DNA from: Octopus vulgaris
Lineage: Eukaryota
Assembly: GCA_951406725.2 (NCBI GenBank)
Contig: OX597816.1
Location: 153,450,001-153,514,000, forward strand
Length of the DNA stretch: 64,000 bases
Reading direction: 5' to 3'
Position numbers and translations under genes: made by a program. Of the stretch, positions 9,923 through 23,123 are shown piece after piece (within the stretch, counting starts at the first letter, position 1; each line of letters opens with the position of its first letter). Below the pieces are notes generated by a model. That model worked only from the letters and a program-made list of their open reading frames with translations, had not been told where the DNA came from and made no database searches.

Positions 9923-11975
9923 TAAAAAGGCTTTTGATAGCCTACAACATAGCTGGATTAGGAAATGCCTGGAAATGTATAAGATAGCACCTACTCTGCG
10001 AAACTTCTTGACTGTAAGTATGAGATCATGGAGAACCACACTAACTCTGAACAGTGACAATGAATCCCTAAATGCTGGTGATGTAAAAATTTCGTGTGAC
10101 ATTTTCCAGGGTGACTCACTGTCACCACTCCTCTTTTGTTTATCCTTAATACCTCTCTCAAAGCTGTTCAATGACGCGCAGTACGGGTATAAAATGTTTG
10201 ATAAAAATATAAATCATCTCGTTTACATGGATGATTTAAAGCTTTTTGCAAAAAATGACGAACAACTCAAGGGCTTACTAGCGATAGTCAAACAATTCAG
10301 TGACGACATCAGAATGCAATTCGGCCTCGATAAATGTGCAAAGGCTACCTTTATCAAAGGAAAAATGACAGAAACATCTAACGTTAACCTTGACCAACAG
10401 AATGTCATAAAAGAACTAGACCCAGCGGAGAGCTACAAGTACCTAGGGGTAATTGAAGGGAACGGAATAAGGCATTCAGAGATGAAGGAAAGGATCAGGA
10501 GAGAATGCTATCGAAGAGTGAGAGCAATACTCAAGACAGAGCTGAATGCAAGAAACAGGATCGAAGCGATCAATGCATTAGCCATACCAGTCGTGACTTA
10601 CAGTTTCAATATTGTTAACTGGTCAATTACTGAAATATGTCAGCTCGACAGAAAAATAAGGAAACTGTTGACAATGCATAGAATGCACCACCCTAAGGCA
10701 GATACAGAACGACTCTATCTGCCAAGAAAAGAGGGAGGCCGTGGTCTTTTGCAACTGGCAATAACAATGAAGATTGCTACAATTGGCCTAGACACCTACC
10801 TGAAAAACTCTGAGGACTGGATGTTAAAACTTGTCTCAAAACATGAAAACAAGAAAGCATCATACTCAGTCACAAAACAGGCAAAGGAATATCTAAGTGA
10901 ATTCCGAATACAACCAATTTCGGAATTAGAGATAGATATACAAGAAACAAGCACAGAAAAAGCTAGGCGCATGAAAACCCGTGCCAAAACTGCGGCCTTA
11001 GATATTCTGAATAATAAATGGCAAGAAAAACCTCTCTATGGCAAATACCCAAAGAGAGCGAATAATGCAGATATCGACAAAACCCTGACCCATCAATGGC
11101 TAATGGCCTCTGGCTTAAAATCTGAAACAGAGGGGTTTATCATAGCAGCTCAAGATCAATGCCTACCAACAAGAAACTCCCAGGCCAACATATTAAAGAA
11201 CGGCAGTAGCCCAACATGTCGTGTATGCCGACAACAAAATGAAACCATTGACCATGTTGTCTCCAAATGCAGTCTTCTAGCGCCTACAGAGTACCTCAGT
11301 AGGAATGATAGAGCTGCACATTATATTCACTGGGTAATTTGCAAAAACCTGGATTTACCCCATGAAAAAAACTGGTGGGAACACAATCCACCTCCAGTGC
11401 TTGAAAATGACCACATCTCACTCCTCTGGAACTTCACCATTCAAACTGACAGGAAGATAGATGCAAATAGGCCAGACATTATATTGAAAGACTTCAGACA
11501 AAGAACATGCCTCCTCATTGATATGACTGTCCCAATCGATATAAACGTATCTGTCAAGACCTGCCAAAAACTGAGTAAATATAAAGATCTTGAAATAGAA
11601 ATCAGCAAAATGTGGAAGCTGAAGACTAAAACAATACCTGTTGTCATAGGTGCCCTGGGAATGATAGCGAAAGGGACTGATTGCTACCTAACTCAGATAA
11701 CAGGAAACCCCAAAATGGCAGAAATTCAAAAGATAGTGCTCATGGGAACTGCTCATATCCTACGCAAAATACTCTCTATGTAATCCCAAGGTTTAAAACA
11801 AACTTTTTATTTATTTATTTATTTTTTTATGTATTAGACATTCACTAGTACAACACCAAAAAAAAACAAAAAAAAACAAATATATGGCACAGAACTTCCA
11901 ACCTGTTGTCTCTTGAGGTCTCTGGGTGAGACTTGGAGCCAACTTGTACAGACATAAAGCAAAAGTCAAACATAG
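9922..11975 (+). mobile_element. R4/Dong-clade RLE retrotransposon, 5'-truncated young copy inserted in (TAA)n
   Basis: Starts within RT (KKAFDSL) right after (TAA)n at 9868-9921 and ends with a 3' UTR and (TAA)n at ~11977. Confidence 0.9.
9975..11783 (+). CDS. Retrotransposon ORF (partial): RT + CCHC zinc knuckle + restriction-like endonuclease
   Basis: 602-aa uninterrupted ORF with IFQGDSLSPLLF, YMDDLKLF, YKYLG, CRVC..ETIDHVVSKC and RPDIIL..LID..K..KY. Confidence 0.9.
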   Translation: MYKIAPTLRNFLTVSMRSWRTTLTLNSDNESLNAGDVKISCDIFQGDSLSPLLFCLSLIPLSKLFNDAQYGYKMFDKNINHLVYMDDLKLFAKNDEQLKGLLAIVKQFSDDIRMQFGLDKCAKATFIKGKMTETSNVNLDQQNVIKELDPAESYKYLGVIEGNGIRHSEMKERIRRECYRRVRAILKTELNARNRIEAINALAIPVVTYSFNIVNWSITEICQLDRKIRKLLTMHRMHHPKADTERLYLPRKEGGRGLLQLAITMKIATIGLDTYLKNSEDWMLKLVSKHENKKASYSVTKQAKEYLSEFRIQPISELEIDIQETSTEKARRMKTRAKTAALDILNNKWQEKPLYGKYPKRANNADIDKTLTHQWLMASGLKSETEGFIIAAQDQCLPTRNSQANILKNGSSPTCRVCRQQNETIDHVVSKCSLLAPTEYLSRNDRAAHYIHWVICKNLDLPHEKNWWEHNPPPVLENDHISLLWNFTIQTDRKIDANRPDIILKDFRQRTCLLIDMTVPIDINVSVKTCQKLSKYKDLEIEISKMWKLKTKTIPVVIGALGMIAKGTDCYLTQITGNPKMAEIQKIVLMGTAHILRKILSM

Positions 11976-12054
11976 AATAATAATAATAATAAATGCCCTG
12001 ATGCAGTGCTAGATCTTAACTAATTGGAAGTGTTATCATGTACGTATTTTGTCT

Positions 12055-12506
12055 TGGGCTACAGCAAATATTCTGCTCAGTAACACAGATTTGCTTGTCA
12101 GTTGTTTGACTTTAACCACTTGAGCATGTCCCTTGGTGGCTGACAATATGTGCACATCTGATCGCGAGCAGAAGTAGTGGAGGAGCATCATAACTGTGTT
12201 GAGAGGAAGCTTTGGGTGTTTGAATAATTCACCTTTGGAAACATGGATGTTTCGTTCAACATCCTTAAACAAACCTTACTCAAGGACGTTTTCAGTGGGA
12301 TGGGCTACTTTACCAGAAGGAAATTCTAACTGGGCTCCATCTGCAAGATCACGTGCTGTATATCCTAATATGAGATCACCATCCTGTGCACATATGGTTG
12401 TGGTGCATGTGCCTGGTGCACCCTTATCAGACGTGTAGTCATTATGGGTATACTGGGCTAATTTTACTCCAGTGTCATTTTGAAGGCATGCACTGCCCGT
12501 TCACTC

Positions 12507-12507
<1 letters not shown>
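12055..12507 (+). repeat. TAA-tailed interspersed repeat (copy 1); probably the 3' UTR or a non-autonomous derivative of an RLE element
   Basis: Highly similar to 35937-36370. Both copies end ...CACTC followed by (AAT)n. Confidence 0.75.
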
Positions 12508-12558
<51 letters not shown>

Positions 12559-13749
12559 TGTCATCATTATCAGGAGCATAATTAGCAGCAAGTCTCGTCT
12601 CCTCTCAGCGGGGTGAATATCTCAGATCACCATCTTGATATTTCATGTCCTCATAGATTTCCTTTGCTCGACTTATTCATTCACATTTTTAATCTGTATA
12701 TTATATTCAGCCATGGAATTCTTGATTTTTCTTCTTCCTCGCTTTCTATTATCAGTCTCAAGTATTCAAAATATTATAATGTTGTCTTTTAATCATATCT
12801 AAAATATTTCTTTGCTTTTACCGTCTTTAGTACTTAAAAAGAAAAGTGTCAACCGTATTAGTAAAATCCTCAAACATCGAGAATTTTACTTCAATATTAC
12901 AAATAGCAAAAGCATCAACGAACTATTTCTTCAATTACAAATATGGTAACCATCACCAATGTTGCTAAAAGAGACTAAGTGTATTTATAAATTTGAGAAC
13001 CGAGTTTGGTTAAAATAAGAACATTCTTATATATAAGGAAGAATATTCATCTTTTGCTTCCACTAGTTTGATGCTTTATGGTTATGAACTCAAATCCATT
13101 AATTCAAATATATCGTTTATGCCTTTAGGGTTTTTGAAGATAGTATCAGTTAAATATTCATGACATTCTATTTAAACAGTAAAATGTCTGATACAATGTT
13201 TATGCCTCGGGTTCGAACCACTTACTTAAATTACTTTCCTATAAATTGTGTCACAGTAACGAATTGATATACTTGTTATTTATCTGGTCATTTGTTTGAT
13301 TTCTTTTTAATAAGTTGCTTTAATAGTAAAACTCTTATAATTTTCCTGAAATAATAATTTTCAAAGGCGGAATTTTTTAAAAAATTAACTTTGTCAATGT
13401 AAAGTAAAGTAATTTTGTAGAACTGTACTATTGAAACACTCTAGGTCACTTGTGAAATAGTCTAAACATCGAAGGGACATGCACACAGGACTGAGCGCAT
13501 GTCCCTTCGAGGTTCTCATGGATTATTGTTATTTAGTCTGTCTTAGATAAAGACGTTCAACGAAACCATTCTCATACCTTATATCTCATCTTTTTCTAAG
13601 ACTGTAAGAAGTGATTTAAAGACTGGTAGCAGGTTAGTGATAACATATAGGTTCTGTCTTTAATTTATACAACTGGTGTAGAAATGGTATCCCGGATAGT
13701 ATTAGGATAGGAAATGTGATCAGATAGAAAGTTCCATTGAAATACAGTT

Positions 13750-14500
13750 ATCGTAAGGAAGAATTTAAAAAATGGTATTCATAAACTTGAATTCTAATGG
13801 AGGGATGTAATTGCTAGGCTTCTCCTGTTCCCCATCCCCATTGATAAGCGTGAAAATGGTTTCTAAACAATCAGAAGTTGCCAATGTCTTATTGGAACAA
13901 TATCACCTTCTCCCATGAATCACCATTCACGCTTATACTCCACTTCGGCCTAAGTTTATGTCTGAAGATAGCCCAAAATAGCCTTCAACCCTTTTATGCC
14001 ACTGCCTTGAAGCATGGAGACTCTACGATTACGTGCACAATTACATCACAGAGTTCTTTAGCTATTTTATATGGCAGACTTAACGCTAAGGATTATCTAA
14101 GTAGTATTCTTATCCTGTCCATCCTACGCTTCAAACATTCTTCCCTCATGGTAGCTCAGTCTTCCAAAGCGATAATGCGCCGATTCATTAGCAGTATAGT
14201 AATGTTAGTCAAAATTGGTACGCAGATCACAATAGTTGACCACTTAGATTGGTCCCCACAGTCACAAGATTTCAATGTAGTGAAATATTTATGGTATATT
14301 TTGGAGCGGTGGTGGGATCGGCTTCCCTCCACCATCGTTGTAAAAGAGGTAAAGCAAGCTTGACTTGAATAATAGCTCAAAATTTCTTTATTGACCGTTC
14401 ATAAAGAGTCAAATCTATGTATTGAGGCAAAGATTCGTTTGAGAGCAACGGGGTAATTCGATGCCAAAGTTGGACCACCTTCTTCTTAATGAAAATTTCC
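13750..14500 (+). mobile_element. Decayed Tc1-like transposase fossil
   Basis: LDWSPQSQDFNVVKYLWYILER matches the Tc1 WPxQSPDLNPIENLW motif. Confidence 0.6.
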
Positions 14501-14562
14501 ATTTAACAAATAATTTCCATTATCTTGTTCTCACATCTCTTTTTCTCTCTATCTCTCTCTCG

Positions 14563-14611
<49 letters not shown>

Positions 14612-14649
14612 TCCTGTATACATACACACACATATATTCCTTTCTACTT

Positions 14650-14826
14650 TAGGCACAATACCTGAAATTTGAGAGGAACTGCTCAACTGGTACTTATTTT
14701 ATCAACCCCGAAAGAATGAAAGGCAAAGTTAACCCCGGCAGCATTTGAATTAAAAATGTAAAGACAGACGAAATGCCGCTAAGCATTTCGCTCGGCGTGG
14801 TAACAATTCTGCCATCTCGCCGCCTT
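14650..14826 (-). mobile_element. SINE family (copies also at ~15130-15330, 26795-26985, 57125-57250, and on + at 59110-59250 and 59510-59700)
   Basis: Shared core GGTACTTATTTTATC(G)ACCCCGAAAG(G)ATGAAAGGCAAAGT(C)GACC across the copies. Confidence 0.7.
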
Positions 14827-15512
14827 ACTACACACGCATACATATAATATACATACATATATACGTATGTACACACACACACACACACACATACATACAC
14901 ACATACATGTATAGTTCTCTCATTACTTTTAGATTGTCAAAGCTTCAAGAAGATCGGTCAACTAATTACGAAGATACATTGGATTTATCGACTTTACATA
15001 TATGAAACATACCACAGTATGTATAACTACTCTTGAAGGTAACACTGGGTTTGTTCAATCACGGCAGCAGCAACAGCAAAAACAGCAACAATCACGTTCT
15101 CGTACTAGTTTATTGTGTCACATTTTGGCATTAGGCCAGGAATTTTAGAGAAATGAGACAGTCGGTTACATCGACCTCGGTACTTAACTGGTACTTTATT
15201 TTATCGGTCCCAAAAAGATTAAAAGCAAAGCTGACGTCAGTGGGATTTGGACTCTAAGCGTATAGAGCCGGAAGAAATGTTACAAATCATTTTGTCTGAC
15301 GCCGTAGCAATTCTTCCAACTCACTGCCTTGCATTGATTTAATAATACACTGCGTGTTTATGCACTAGTGTGATGTGTGAGTGCGTGCACACGTGCATGT
15401 GCGTTGGTACAAACTAAATAATATTGTCCTTCTTACGGTCCATCTTCTCTCAACCTCGAGAGACATATATTTCGCTATATCTCTCCTTTTTCGATAACTC
15501 TTCTTCATTTAA

Positions 15513-15551
<39 letters not shown>

Positions 15552-15555
15552 GTAT

Positions 15556-15647
<92 letters not shown>

Positions 15648-16623
15648 TTCTCACATATTCTCGTATTCTTCTCAACATTCTCCTTCCGCCACATCTCTTT
15701 CACTCGTACATCCTTTCTCAGACACTATTCTTTCTCCCTTTGAGACTTCACCATTTCTCTACACAGCAGGAAATAAACACGATCGCTCACAGACATCCAA
15801 TAATCACAACTGATGACTCAAGCTATACGTTCAACTGCATCATGGAAATAATACTGTCCAACCTACATCCGGGATGTTATTTCATCTATGGCTGTATTTT
15901 ATTTTTGACTTTTCTACTCGTGTATGAATTTCTCTCGGTGGCACAGATCTTAAGAAACTTTACCACACATGCAGGCACACACACATTTATATATACACAC
16001 ACGCACATAAGTTCCTTCACACATTCACACACACATTCATACAAGTGTTCTTACATATATACACACACGTCTAAGAATCCACAAGAGAGAAAATAGTCAC
16101 TCCTATTTTTGTCAATAGAATGGGTGTATTATTTATCCAATTCAGCATTATAGATCTATTTAAACAGATACGTTTGTGAAATGATTCAGAACTATCAGAA
16201 ACGAAAAGTAAGCTTTTAGATGGAGCAATTCCTGGTTTCTTACTTGATATAATCACGATAATTTTTCTTTAAATTCTTTCTTAAAGTTAACTATTTTTCA
16301 AAAATTTTGATTCAACAGAAATGTTACCAAACTTTGTGAAAGAAGTTTTCGTATAATATATATTTTGTGTCTAGTGAGTACTTTGTGTGCGAGAGCTTTC
16401 CTTATAGTAATGTTGGTGATGAGCTAAATCTACCAACATTACTGTGGATCGCCGAACCCCAGAAACAGCTGTTGAACTTATAATACTTTTCTTCTATCTC
16501 TTTAATTTTGTTTGTCATTTGTTCTCTGTATAAGTTGGACCTATTACTATAAATATCTATATATTTATACATAAAAGTTCATCATCTGAAAGTTTCCAAT
16601 TTTGCTTTCTCTCGTTTTGTATG

Positions 16624-16690
<67 letters not shown>

Positions 16691-18099
16691 TTTGTATTTA
16701 ATATATTTAATCTGTTTAATTTGTTTATCCGCATAATTGATTCTATACTCGCACAGCTTGACCCCTCGTATAGCCTTTTTTTACCAAATGGAATGATCCC
16801 TTGTAAAAAAGTTTAAATTTTTTGAGCACTACTAACTGTCTTCTATTCGAAAGATATCTGAATCTCATATGTGAATTATGTGTGTGTGTGTGTGTGTGTA
16901 ATTAGATAACACTATAGATCGCGCTGTAAAAGAGACAAGCACAGTTTGAACACTCAAAAATAAATTTTTCCATGGAACATTATATAACTTTTGAAAATTC
17001 TGGATGAAAACTCTCTACTCATATAGTTTTAATTATGTCAGGACCCCTCAAATAACCTGGTATTTCCACGCTTTTACAAATTTTGTCCTGTTTTTTTTTT
17101 TTGTCTTTTTTAATTGCTGAACGGTAGCCCTCGTTCTAATTCAATGCGCTATAACTTGAGTTCTGTTGAAAATCATACAGTCATGAAGAGGAATGCTTCT
17201 GCATTTTATATATATATATGAAAATTGATGGGGGTAGATCAAATAACGGTTACAAAGTATGAAAGTGAAAATTTTATCGTTAATTTTCATTTAGAAAAGA
17301 ACATATTTTCTTGAAGATTTCTATATCATCAGAAAAAAATTTTCGCCAATTCAATATGGTCATTGCTAAACCTGGCCACGATATGGCAGAAAAGCACAAA
17401 GTCAGTAAAGACAATACTATATTAACGCCACTTGTCAAACTAACGTATTCGCGTGCGTTGAGAGGTCAAGTGGAACACAAAGCATGAAATTACTTTTCAC
17501 ATTTTCCTTGTTTTTTTTTTTAAATCTAGGTGCACATGCAATTCTGAGAAAAATATCAGGTGGTCGTAGAATATGCTAGAAACAACAGTCAATTCTCCCT
17601 TAATTCACACACCTTTTCGTTTGAAAATGTTTGCAAAACTTTTACTTTTCAGAAGGTTTCTCCCTCGTTTTTAAATGAGTAATCCCAAAACTGTCAAGTT
17701 TTGTTATTTGCTCATTTCGTAAGCACAGTATAGGAACAAGGATCAAATAGCCTTAAACTGCAAATTTCTATCTCGCCGTAGCGGAAGCACAACCAACAGC
17801 AGAACGTATGAGAAGGAGTAGCAACATCAACCGGTAAATTCACCAGTCTCATAAGGACTTTAACTGACAGGCAATATATCTGTCCTACTTCCTAACGCTT
17901 AACATTGCTCAGTATTTACCGCGATTCAAAAGTATGAAACTAAACCGTCTATTCTATGGCAATACAACCCCTACAGAGTCTAGTCCTAATTATACGCCTA
18001 ACCATAAGTTTATAAATGCACCGAGATTTAATAACCAAGGTATAGTAACCCTGCAACACATAGCAACCCTAATTCTATCACTACAGAAACATATTACTT

Positions 18100-18440
18100 T
18101 ATTCCCTTGTTGAACGTTATCTTAGAAAGACTGTCTATAAATGTTCTGTACGTGCACCTAGTGAAATTCATGTGTATATTGGTACTACATCTAACCACAT
18201 TAAATCTAGATTCTATATGCAAAAAACAAAACAGTTTTGGCAATAAACGTAAGGTTAATTTCACTTCATTGGCTAATCTCTTATGGATGCTTGCTGATAA
18301 AAATATTGAAGAATTCGCTTTGTCAATTATACACACAATACAACATTATAAGGGTGGTGACGACAAATGCGCTTTGTGCATATCTAAAATCTACGAATTA
18401 ACTAGGTGTGAATCGAATCTCATTAGATGTCCACATTTAT
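18100..18440 (+). mobile_element. Penelope-like element GIY-YIG endonuclease remnant
   Basis: TVYKCSV...VYIGTTSNHIKSRFY, then after a frameshift NSFGNKRKVNFTSLANLLWML...YKGGDDKCALCISKIYEL. This is the PLE GIY-YIG pattern with the C-x-LC motif. Confidence 0.7.
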
Positions 18441-19025
18441 TCCTCACGCCCTTCCTATATAATCCGGAAAATAGTTTAGACTTTAATTAGAATGTACTAA
18501 TATACTACTTGTTGACTATAAACAACTTATCCCTCTCTAGATAATAATGTTTCTACTTTCCTACACTTAATTGTTTTATCTGTTTCTAGTACTTGGTTAC
18601 AATTGCCAAATATATAAAACGTGATCTTAAACTATTATAACTTTTAACTCTAACGGACATAATATACTAATTAATTTCTATGCGATACCAATTCTACTGC
18701 ATAATCATACTTTGCCAAAGTGCCTATCAATTATTTTCTTGTCTAATATTCGAGTACTTAATACCATGGTCACATAACCGCTAGTAATGCTATCTATACT
18801 CAGTTTTCTGAAACCATTAGATGAAACACTTGATTTAAACTGTGTCATTATGTTATAATTTCTGAATTATATTTTTAACCAGAGCAGAATCCTTAACATA
18901 ACTGAATATTTATAATACTTGTATTTCACTCACTATTGTAAAATTGCAATTGATAACCTGGTCTTTATCTGGTTTATACCTGGTTCATTAATTATTAATA
19001 TCATATATATATATATATATATATA

Positions 19026-19070
19026 CTGGTTGGATTACCCGGCAATGCCCGGCAAAGCGGGGGTTATTTC
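19026..19070 (-). mobile_element. Helitron-like 3' terminus (5' end not located)
   Basis: Minus strand CCGGGCATTGCCGGG hairpin, then TAATCCAA-CCAG (CTAG variant), abutting (TA)n. Confidence 0.45.
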
Positions 19071-21914
19071 CAGTTCCCATTACAGTTTCATGCCCTATCC
19101 CGTTCCCTGTTCAGTTCCCATTTTAGTTCCGCTCCCTTTCCTTTCCCCCAATCCTCTGTAAATTTTAGAATCAGTTTTGTGTAATTAAGCCATTAAATAT
19201 TTTATTAACCTTTATAGTAATAGTTTATTGCTAAAAGTAGGTATTACAAACTACTTATACGATTAGTGGGTGAATAAGGAATGTCGCTATATTATTTTAA
19301 CAAGCGAATATATGTTTATTAAACGTATGCATAAGAATGTGTGGTGGGGAATGACAAAAACGTAGTGGTATTTCGTTCCAACACAATATCAGTTTTTTAA
19401 TTCAGTGTTTGTAAAAACCTAGTGTAGGGCTTGAGGCGAGAAAGAACCTCAAATATACATGTACTGTTCGATTAATTTCCCAAAACAAGAGTTTTAGTAT
19501 ATTCCTAAAAGCCTTGCGAAATTCGAACTTTCTGTTCTCATCGTTTGTTCTAATTCTCAAATTGGAATTTAGAACTATTATATAAATCAACTTCGATATT
19601 TAAAGCTGATAAATGCTATCAGTGTTGTTATTATATTGAAAGTGACAAAAATGACATATGAATTCCTTAATAGCCAGAGACAATGTGTCGTTAAGTAAAA
19701 GTAAATAATACGATTAGGAAACCCCGTACAAAAGCATTGCCGATCGAGAATACGTGATACCTAAAATGAATACGTATATACATGTATGTGTAAAGGTATA
19801 AATATAGTTCATGGGAGAATTTCAGAACAATAACCTATTAAAATCACATACGAAGTAAAATGGTAATAAGCCATTATAAAATTGAAAGGTAAATTATATA
19901 TTGTAAACGTGCATACTGTTATTCTAATGTTGTTCATTACTTTTTAAACGTAAAATGAATGTGATTTACTTGATTGTTGTCTCTTTAAGTGATACTTCAC
20001 GTTTTGTTTATTGCATCACTGTGAAATTGCTTGTAATGTCTCTCATTTCACTGCAGTAAGCGTCATAGAGTAGTGGAAAGTTTATTACGGCCTATATACT
20101 TTTTTTTTTTAGTATTTCACATTATTTACGTTTTTTGGGGGTTACTTTGGAAAGCAAGAAAGTTGAACCCAACATCCTTTTGTCTACAAATCAAAATATT
20201 CGAACCTATTATGTTAATCGCTGAATTAAATTGTTGATATTTGGTAATTGTGTCTTTATGAGATACGAACTCTCTCCAGTTTCGATTCCCAGTTGAAGCA
20301 ACAATTTTACTTATATCTATAAAGCATTTTGTATAAACTAATCGTAGATTATGCAAATTCTAATTTTTCACTAGTCTGTAACTCTGAGATTATATTTCCA
20401 TGTAAGCAATGAATAATAGTTTCTCTATAATGCCATTTACTAGCTGGTCTCTGTACATTACAGAGAAAACAAGAAACAACTTGCATAGAGTTCACTTTGA
20501 ATTAATTACAATTACTTGTTGAGAACTTGCAATGGGGGAGGTATCTTCCACAAATGGAATATGTTAGAGTAAATGTTTTCATCTGCTGTGCCGCAGAAAA
20601 ATGGAAAAGCAATATTTTCAAAGTCTGAAAGCTGTGGACCTTAGCCAAGACCATTGAGTTGCTGTGTTCTTGTGGCTCACGGTTCAGAAAACCTATAAAC
20701 TGTATTCTTGGCATCTGTTACAGCTTATAAAAGACTGTTAACGTTCATAAAATGGTGGCCGTCTGCAAGAGACACAGCAGAGTCTTTCCATCCCAACTTT
20801 ATCAGTACAACAGTAACAACTAGCAACGGTTTTCCAATTCAGGTACCTAAGCAGAAGTATATCCAACAATTGACACAGTACAAAGAAATTTTAAGTTGTC
20901 CAAGACACATTTCATTAGGATTTGTGAGGCTCAGGGAAGGAGTCTTTGTAAAAAACAATCTCAGCTTCCATACTAAGGGTTGTCCGTTTACCACTGTACT
21001 GCACGGGGACAAAATATGGATTTAAAATATTTAAAAGTATATTGTAAAAGAAATACTTGATACAACCACAATATTCGAAGAAAGATTTTTTTTGAAAGTT
21101 ATTAACTATTTTGAGAAATCTTAGAAAAAGAGAATGAAACGTACCTTTTGGAATGAAGCTTTTGTATTCTGTGTAAGCGTTTTCGTTTTCAATTTTTCAA
21201 AGACGTGTTATAGAATAATCTATAGAGGAAGTTGCTTTCAGTTGCTTTTTAGTTCTTTTCAGGAATGTATTGACTATTTCCGGTTTAGAATTCTTATAAT
21301 GTATTCTCTTACGTTTTACATTTGACCATTTTCTTCTTATTTTGGAAAAATGAAATGTTTTGAATTTTCCATTTGCAAAAATGTCTAGTTGTCACATGGA
21401 ACATTTCTGAGAGCTGAATCCTTAGTTGGTGCTTATGCACTCTCACATGGTGAATTAATTCTGATCTTTTTGGCTGGTGTAATTTCCATTGCATTGTGGT
21501 TAAGTGATACAATAGATAAGATTTTTACTTTTGCAATTCATAATATTCAATTCTTTCATATTCTCTAATCTTTTGGTTTCCCAGTTCAATTACTCTACAA
21601 AAACAACAAATTAAGGGTTAAGTTCATTGCCTAAAAATTTCTGATCATGTATTTCACTATGCTATATATGTTTCTGTGTGTGTTAGGTGTGTATACATAC
21701 ATGTATGCATTAATATGTATATGTATATTTATGTATATATCCATGTATGTGTAAATGAAGAATTTTTAGTCGAATGGATCGACCCCAGGACTTATTTTTT
21801 AAAAGCCTGGTACTTATTCTATCAGTTTCTTTTGACAATCTGCTATATTACGGTGACGTAAACATACCAATACCGGTTGTCAAGCGGTGGTGGGAAACAA
21901 ACATAGACACAAAG

Positions 21915-21947
<33 letters not shown>

Positions 21948-21948
21948 T

Positions 21949-21994
<46 letters not shown>

Positions 21995-22005
21995 GTGGGT
22001 GTGTA

Positions 22006-22262
22006 GCGGGGGACGTATGGTTTAGTGGTTAAGGTGTTGCACTCACGATCTATTGATCGTGATTTCAATTCCCAGATCGGGTGGTGCGTTGTGCTCTTGA
22101 GCAAAACACTTCATCTCACGTTGTTCTGCGATCACTTCGACTCCTGACACGTAGTACACAGTGTACCTGTTCAGACAAGGTCGATTTGATGGAGAGAGCG
22201 AGTCAATGTGCGGCATGAACATTTGATCATTATAAAGAGATTATTGCGGCTGGGTCCGTCAT
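22006..22262 (+). mobile_element. tRNA-derived SINE
   Basis: A box TGGTTTAGTGGTTAAGG, B-box-like GATTTCAATTCCC, conserved-domain-like CTTGAGCAAAACACTTCATCTCAC. Confidence 0.7.
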
Positions 22263-22263
22263 G

Positions 22264-22321
<58 letters not shown>

Positions 22322-22544
22322 TATGTATATACAAAGTTAATCCAAACATGAAAACACAAAAACGCGAGGACGTGAAACAAGTATAGTGTTATTGGACGTT
22401 CAGGAAAGGAAAGAAAGAAGGAGGATTTAACGCTTTGAGCGGAGATTTTCGTCAGAAACATAGGAAAGGGAAAGATCCAAGGAGGGAAGACGGGGAAAAA
22501 AATCGACAACAGTACACATGTGGTCACATTTTATAAAAGAAATA

Positions 22545-22566
22545 TCTGTATGTATAAAAGGCATGA

Positions 22567-22600
<34 letters not shown>

Positions 22601-23044
22601 CGTACGTGAATGTAAATTATGCAAGTCCACAAATTAGCACGCATGTCGCTCCAATTTTAGGAGGACATTCGTTATGATCCTAGCTGTATTTTCGTCAAAT
22701 TATTTTCCCCCCGAGGCACCAGCGAATAGCGGTAAAAATAAATTTTCGACCATAATTTAATTTTCACAGCGGAGAAATCCACCATTGTTTATACAAACAT
22801 GAGTTAAGTCCCCTTCTAGCGACGGTGTAAAGAGAGGGAGGGAGCGTGGGACAGAGAGAGAGAGAGAGAGATAACAGATTTTTTAAATTTCGTCTTTTTA
22901 CTGATTGACTGGCAAAAACAGGTGTTGTTATGTATGTATGTATGTATGTATGTATGTATGTGTGGATGGCTTCAGTCACACACACACACACACACGAACA
23001 TGTATGCGTACAAAACACATGTATGCAATGTGTGTGTGTGTTGC

Positions 23045-23123
<79 letters not shown>

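Noticed and set aside
22006-22080. Possible tRNA gene
   Set aside because: It continues into a SINE body and lacks a proper acceptor stem, so it is a SINE head.
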